A DNA stretch of 39,693 bases from Verrucomicrobiota bacterium (GTDB lineage: Bacteria; Verrucomicrobiota; Verrucomicrobiia; Limisphaerales; CANJSG01). The notes beneath the pieces are model-generated. The model did no database searches and had not been told where the DNA came from. It worked only from the letters and a program-made list of their open reading frames with translations. Numbering within the stretch: the first letter of the stretch is position 1; each line of letters opens with the position of its first letter. The translations under genes were made by a program, and so were the position numbers. This document shows positions 36,979-39,693 of this stretch, in pieces. Where the stretch lies: the NCBI GenBank assembly GCA_038209745.1, contig JBBQXJ010000042.1, forward strand, positions 1-39,693. The letters run 5' to 3'.

Positions 36979-38943
36979 TCAAAAGAATTCCATGTTCGTA
37001 GCCAACTGCGCCGCCGGCTCGGACTGTCTCCGGTTGGTTGGAGTTGCGAGCTCGGTATCGGCCGCTGGCGCGGGGTCTGCGAAGAAGTCGAACTCTTCGG
37101 AACCCGGGACGTCCGGTGGGGAGGGGAGCTGTCGGTTGGAGTCTGGTGAATGGACCGTGTGCTCCGTGGCCATCGTGTAGTTGCTGCGCAAATGCTCGGT
37201 GAGAGCCTCGTCCTCGGGGCGCGACTCGGATATGCCCGATCCATCCACCGCCAGCACGACTCCCTGGAGGGCGTCGAGGAGGGGCTGGAGCATCGTGTCG
37301 GCGAGGGAGCTGAACCGGATGGAGTCGATGGTGGACTGAATGCTGGCGGCCAACTCGCCCGCGGTTCCGCTGACGGCCAAGAACGACCTTATGGTGGCGT
37401 CGCGGTAGGCATGGAGGCGGAGTTCCTCTTCGCCGCCCTCTTCGGTCAGCAGGCGGCGCTGCTCCTGGCCGTTGTCCGTGAGCGTGCGGAATTCGGCGAC
37501 GATCCCTTCCAGTCCGGCGGCCATGCCGTCGAGATCGACCGAGACATTCTCATTGAGGGCGTAGATCTCGTCGGAGATGAGGCTGGTGCGCTCCGAGAGG
37601 ACTTCAAGCCCCGTGCCTTGTCCGACTTGGGCAGCCTGGATCTGGGCGTTGAGGGCGATCAGCTTTATGTTGACCGAGATCTGGCGCATGTCCCCCGTCA
37701 GGTTGGAGGCAAGGTTGCCGAGAGGCCGGATGGTTTCGTAGGCCTCCTGTTGGATGGCGACGGTGCCGGCGATGAGGAGGCGGAGATCCTCTATGATGGT
37801 GAGGAGCGACTGGACCATGCCGTCCTCCGCGGCGGACATGCTTTTGAAGCTCCCGAGGGTGACGCACTCGTGGTCGATGTCCGCAGTGTCCCCGGCGAGC
37901 GCCGCGAAGCTTTCGCGGGTCTGGTTTTCCGCTTCGGCGAGTTCCCGCTTCACGGCCTCGAGTTGGCCGATCTGAAGACGGGCGGCCTCGCGCAGAAACC
38001 TTAGTTCCCCGGGAGCTTTGGGTTTGTCGGTGTTTGTCCGGATTCCGGCGAATCGCTCGAGCATCTCGTCCACGGCTTCGCGCACGTGCTCCATTTTCTG
38101 GCGGGTGATGTCCTGGAACTGCATCCCCACGACGATCTGGCTGATGCTGTTGCGCACGGATCGGCTCGCTTTGGTCAAACGGACGTCGCGCTTCTGGTTC
38201 TCCGCAATGTCGCAGCGGAGCGCCTCCATGGATGAGCTGATGAAATCCTGTTTCTCGCGCGAGGCCTTTTCCTGCTGGGCTGTCTGCTGTTCGAGGCGTT
38301 CGACCAGTCTATTGATGGTTTGACGGGCTTTGGCTAGGGATTGGAACTGTTCGCCGAAGAGGTGGGTGACCTTGTGCTGGAGGCTTTCAATGTCCTTGGT
38401 CAGGCTGGTGAAGATGTTCTGGACTTCGTGGGAGAGGGTGGCGGATTCAACCCGGAAGAGGGTCTGGATGTAGCCCAGCGGGGCAACGGTCCCGTGGAGC
38501 AGGCCCTCGTGTTGGCGCACATGGGTCATCTGCCCCTCATGGTGGCGGAGCCTCGTGATCAGGCGGGAGGTGCGCTTGTGGCCGTCGCGGACGAAGCCGA
38601 GAGGCTGGCCCAGAAGGTCTGTCGCCCGTTGGAGCTCGATGTCCGCCCCCATCTGGCCAGTGACGTAGCCGATGAGTTTCTCGCTCTGTTCGACGAGGGC
38701 CTTACTTAGAGTGCTCTGGCTGTCCAGACCGGTGATGATCTTGAGGAATTCCTCCTCGAGTTCGGCAGCGCCGAGGGTCATCCCGTCGCGGGCGGCTTGG
38801 AGCTGCTCCATCACCGGATCAATGCGGCAATTGGGATAGGGGCGGATGCGGAAACGATCGACCAGCTTTCGCGAAAGGGACGTCAGGCCGGCAAAGACCG
38901 CTGCGCCACCGCTGGGGAAGAGTCTTTTTCTGAAGGTGATCAT
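36979..38943 (-). CDS. Soluble coiled-coil chemoreceptor-like protein with two degenerate signalling hairpins and a CheZ-like FQDxxxQ motif
   Basis: IKLIALNAQIQAAQVGQGTGLEVLSE (MCP tip-like), weaker LGYIQTLFRVESATL...FTSLTKDIESL, GMQFQDITRQKMEHV, acidic tail ending NMEFF; first gene of the che operon. Confidence 0.7.
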   Translation of the reverse strand: MITFRKRLFPSGGAAVFAGLTSLSRKLVDRFRIRPYPNCRIDPVMEQLQAARDGMTLGAAELEEEFLKIITGLDSQSTLSKALVEQSEKLIGYVTGQMGADIELQRATDLLGQPLGFVRDGHKRTSRLITRLRHHEGQMTHVRQHEGLLHGTVAPLGYIQTLFRVESATLSHEVQNIFTSLTKDIESLQHKVTHLFGEQFQSLAKARQTINRLVERLEQQTAQQEKASREKQDFISSSMEALRCDIAENQKRDVRLTKASRSVRNSISQIVVGMQFQDITRQKMEHVREAVDEMLERFAGIRTNTDKPKAPGELRFLREAARLQIGQLEAVKRELAEAENQTRESFAALAGDTADIDHECVTLGSFKSMSAAEDGMVQSLLTIIEDLRLLIAGTVAIQQEAYETIRPLGNLASNLTGDMRQISVNIKLIALNAQIQAAQVGQGTGLEVLSERTSLISDEIYALNENVSVDLDGMAAGLEGIVAEFRTLTDNGQEQRRLLTEEGGEEELRLHAYRDATIRSFLAVSGTAGELAASIQSTIDSIRFSSLADTMLQPLLDALQGVVLAVDGSGISESRPEDEALTEHLRSNYTMATEHTVHSPDSNRQLPSPPDVPGSEEFDFFADPAPAADTELATPTNRRQSEPAAQLATNMEFF

Positions 38944-39039
38944 CGCCTTTTCGTTTCGTGCCTTCGGGCGGCGGGCTCAACCGCCCTCTCGCGAACGGAT
39001 CGGTTCGAATCCTGATCTGCTCTGGAATGCATGAGGCTT

Positions 39040-39067
39040 CTATCGACACTGGATGGATGATGCTTGA
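39040..39067 (-). promoter_or_regulatory. Sigma28-type promoter candidate for the che operon
   Basis: Minus strand TCAAG-N15-GTCGATAG. Confidence 0.6.
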
Positions 39068-39104
39068 GCCCGGAAGAGTGCGAGAGGGCGGCGTTAAAAG
39101 ATCG

Positions 39105-39132
39105 TCAAGCCCAAGCCATGCCCTGCCGATAC
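39105..39132 (+). promoter_or_regulatory. Sigma28-type promoter candidate for the divergent response regulator
   Basis: Plus strand TCAAG-N15-GCCGATAC. Confidence 0.6.
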
Positions 39133-39175
39133 GGCATTGGATTGAATGCCGTGCTCATCCACGAAAATCCATTAC

Positions 39176-39693
39176 GTGAGCCTTAAATCCCAGAACTTGA
39201 ACCGCCGAGCGGCGCGGCCGGATATCGAAGCACGGCCTTCCACCGAGGTTCTGTCTTGCGTCGCGTCAGCGGGGCCGGCGCCGATCCACCGCGTGCTGGT
39301 GGTGGACGACGACGAGGTGGCTCTCCGCGTCCACAAGCTCCAGATGGCCAAGCGGGGCTACCAAGTCGTGTTGGCCCGGTCCGTCGAAGAGGCGCGGCAA
39401 GTCATTTTGGAACAGGGAACGATGCCGTTCGACTGCGTCCTGACCGACTTCGAGATGCCGGGAGAGACCGGCGCCGACCTGATCGATTGGCTGGCCAAGC
39501 ACGATCCGACGTTGGCCGCGATCGTCGTGAGCGCGGCCGGAAGGATGGACAGCGTGGCCAGCAGCATGCGCAGCGGTGCGCTGGACTTTCTGGCGAAGCC
39601 CGTTCAGATCCAGGAGCTGGAAGCGGCGCTCAAGCATGCCGTCCGGCGGACCCATCGGCGCCGAGAACTGGTCCGGATCGAGAAGGCGGCCCA
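39176..39693 (+). CDS. Response regulator, N-terminal receiver domain (partial; runs off the window end; start uncertain: 39146/39176/39197)
   Basis: Not in the ORF track. Manual translation gives RVLVVDDDE...CVLTDFEMPG...IVVSA...GALDFLAKP followed by a coiled linker. Confidence 0.85.
   Translation, partial: MSLKSQNLNRRAARPDIEARPSTEVLSCVASAGPAPIHRVLVVDDDEVALRVHKLQMAKRGYQVVLARSVEEARQVILEQGTMPFDCVLTDFEMPGETGADLIDWLAKHDPTLAAIVVSAAGRMDSVASSMRSGALDFLAKPVQIQELEAALKHAVRRTHRRRELVRIEKAA

Noticed and set aside
36782..36982. Small ORF between the receptor-like gene and cheY, where a STAS protein often lies
   Set aside because: No STAS-like sequence, atypical codon usage, and it overlaps cheY.
38995..39020. 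GGTTCGAATCC, a tRNA T-loop-like sequence
   Set aside because: No acceptor stem, D-arm or anticodon arm can be built around it; it is a local hairpin in the che leader.
1..39693. CRISPR arrays, rRNA, IS elements, riboswitches
   Set aside because: No regularly spaced repeats, transposase/integrase motifs or recognisable RNA consensus were found by eye; a covariance-model scan would be needed to exclude ncRNAs.

Overview
High-GC bacterial chromosome segment. The protein styles (large secreted Calx-beta/Ig proteins with a C-terminal ...FFR domain, an H-X9-DG fragment, Uma2) suggest Verrucomicrobiota, which is an inference. From left to right: the 5' part of a CcoI/FixI-type P1B ATPase (minus strand, cut by the window edge); a large secreted Calx-beta protein; a peptidoglycan-processing cluster (amidase, NamZ, serine hydrolase, LD-carboxypeptidase, and a secreted TIM-barrel hydrolase-like protein that shares an unrecognised ~275-aa domain with the Calx-beta protein); a flagellar block (flhB-flhA-flhF-hyp-fliA-motA-motB-hyp) with two sigma54-type promoters; a peroxiredoxin; a GH123/DUF4091-like glycosidase; an adaptor-Uma2-lolCE-lolD unit; a rhodanese; and a minus-strand chemotaxis operon (unusual MCP/CheZ-like protein, cheY, cheA, cheW, PAS-MCP, disrupted ABC1 kinase, cheY, cheB, cheR). 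Sigma28-type promoters sit back to back between the che operon and a divergent response regulator. The most notable items are the double-hairpin chemoreceptor-like protein with a CheZ-type DxxxQ motif, the ABC1/UbiB kinase pseudogene inside the che operon, motif substitutions in CheB/FlhB/FlhF, and the shuffled novel domain on secreted proteins flanking the murein-recycling genes. No CRISPR array, rRNA, tRNA or transposase was seen. All family assignments come from motif recognition by eye, not from database searches.
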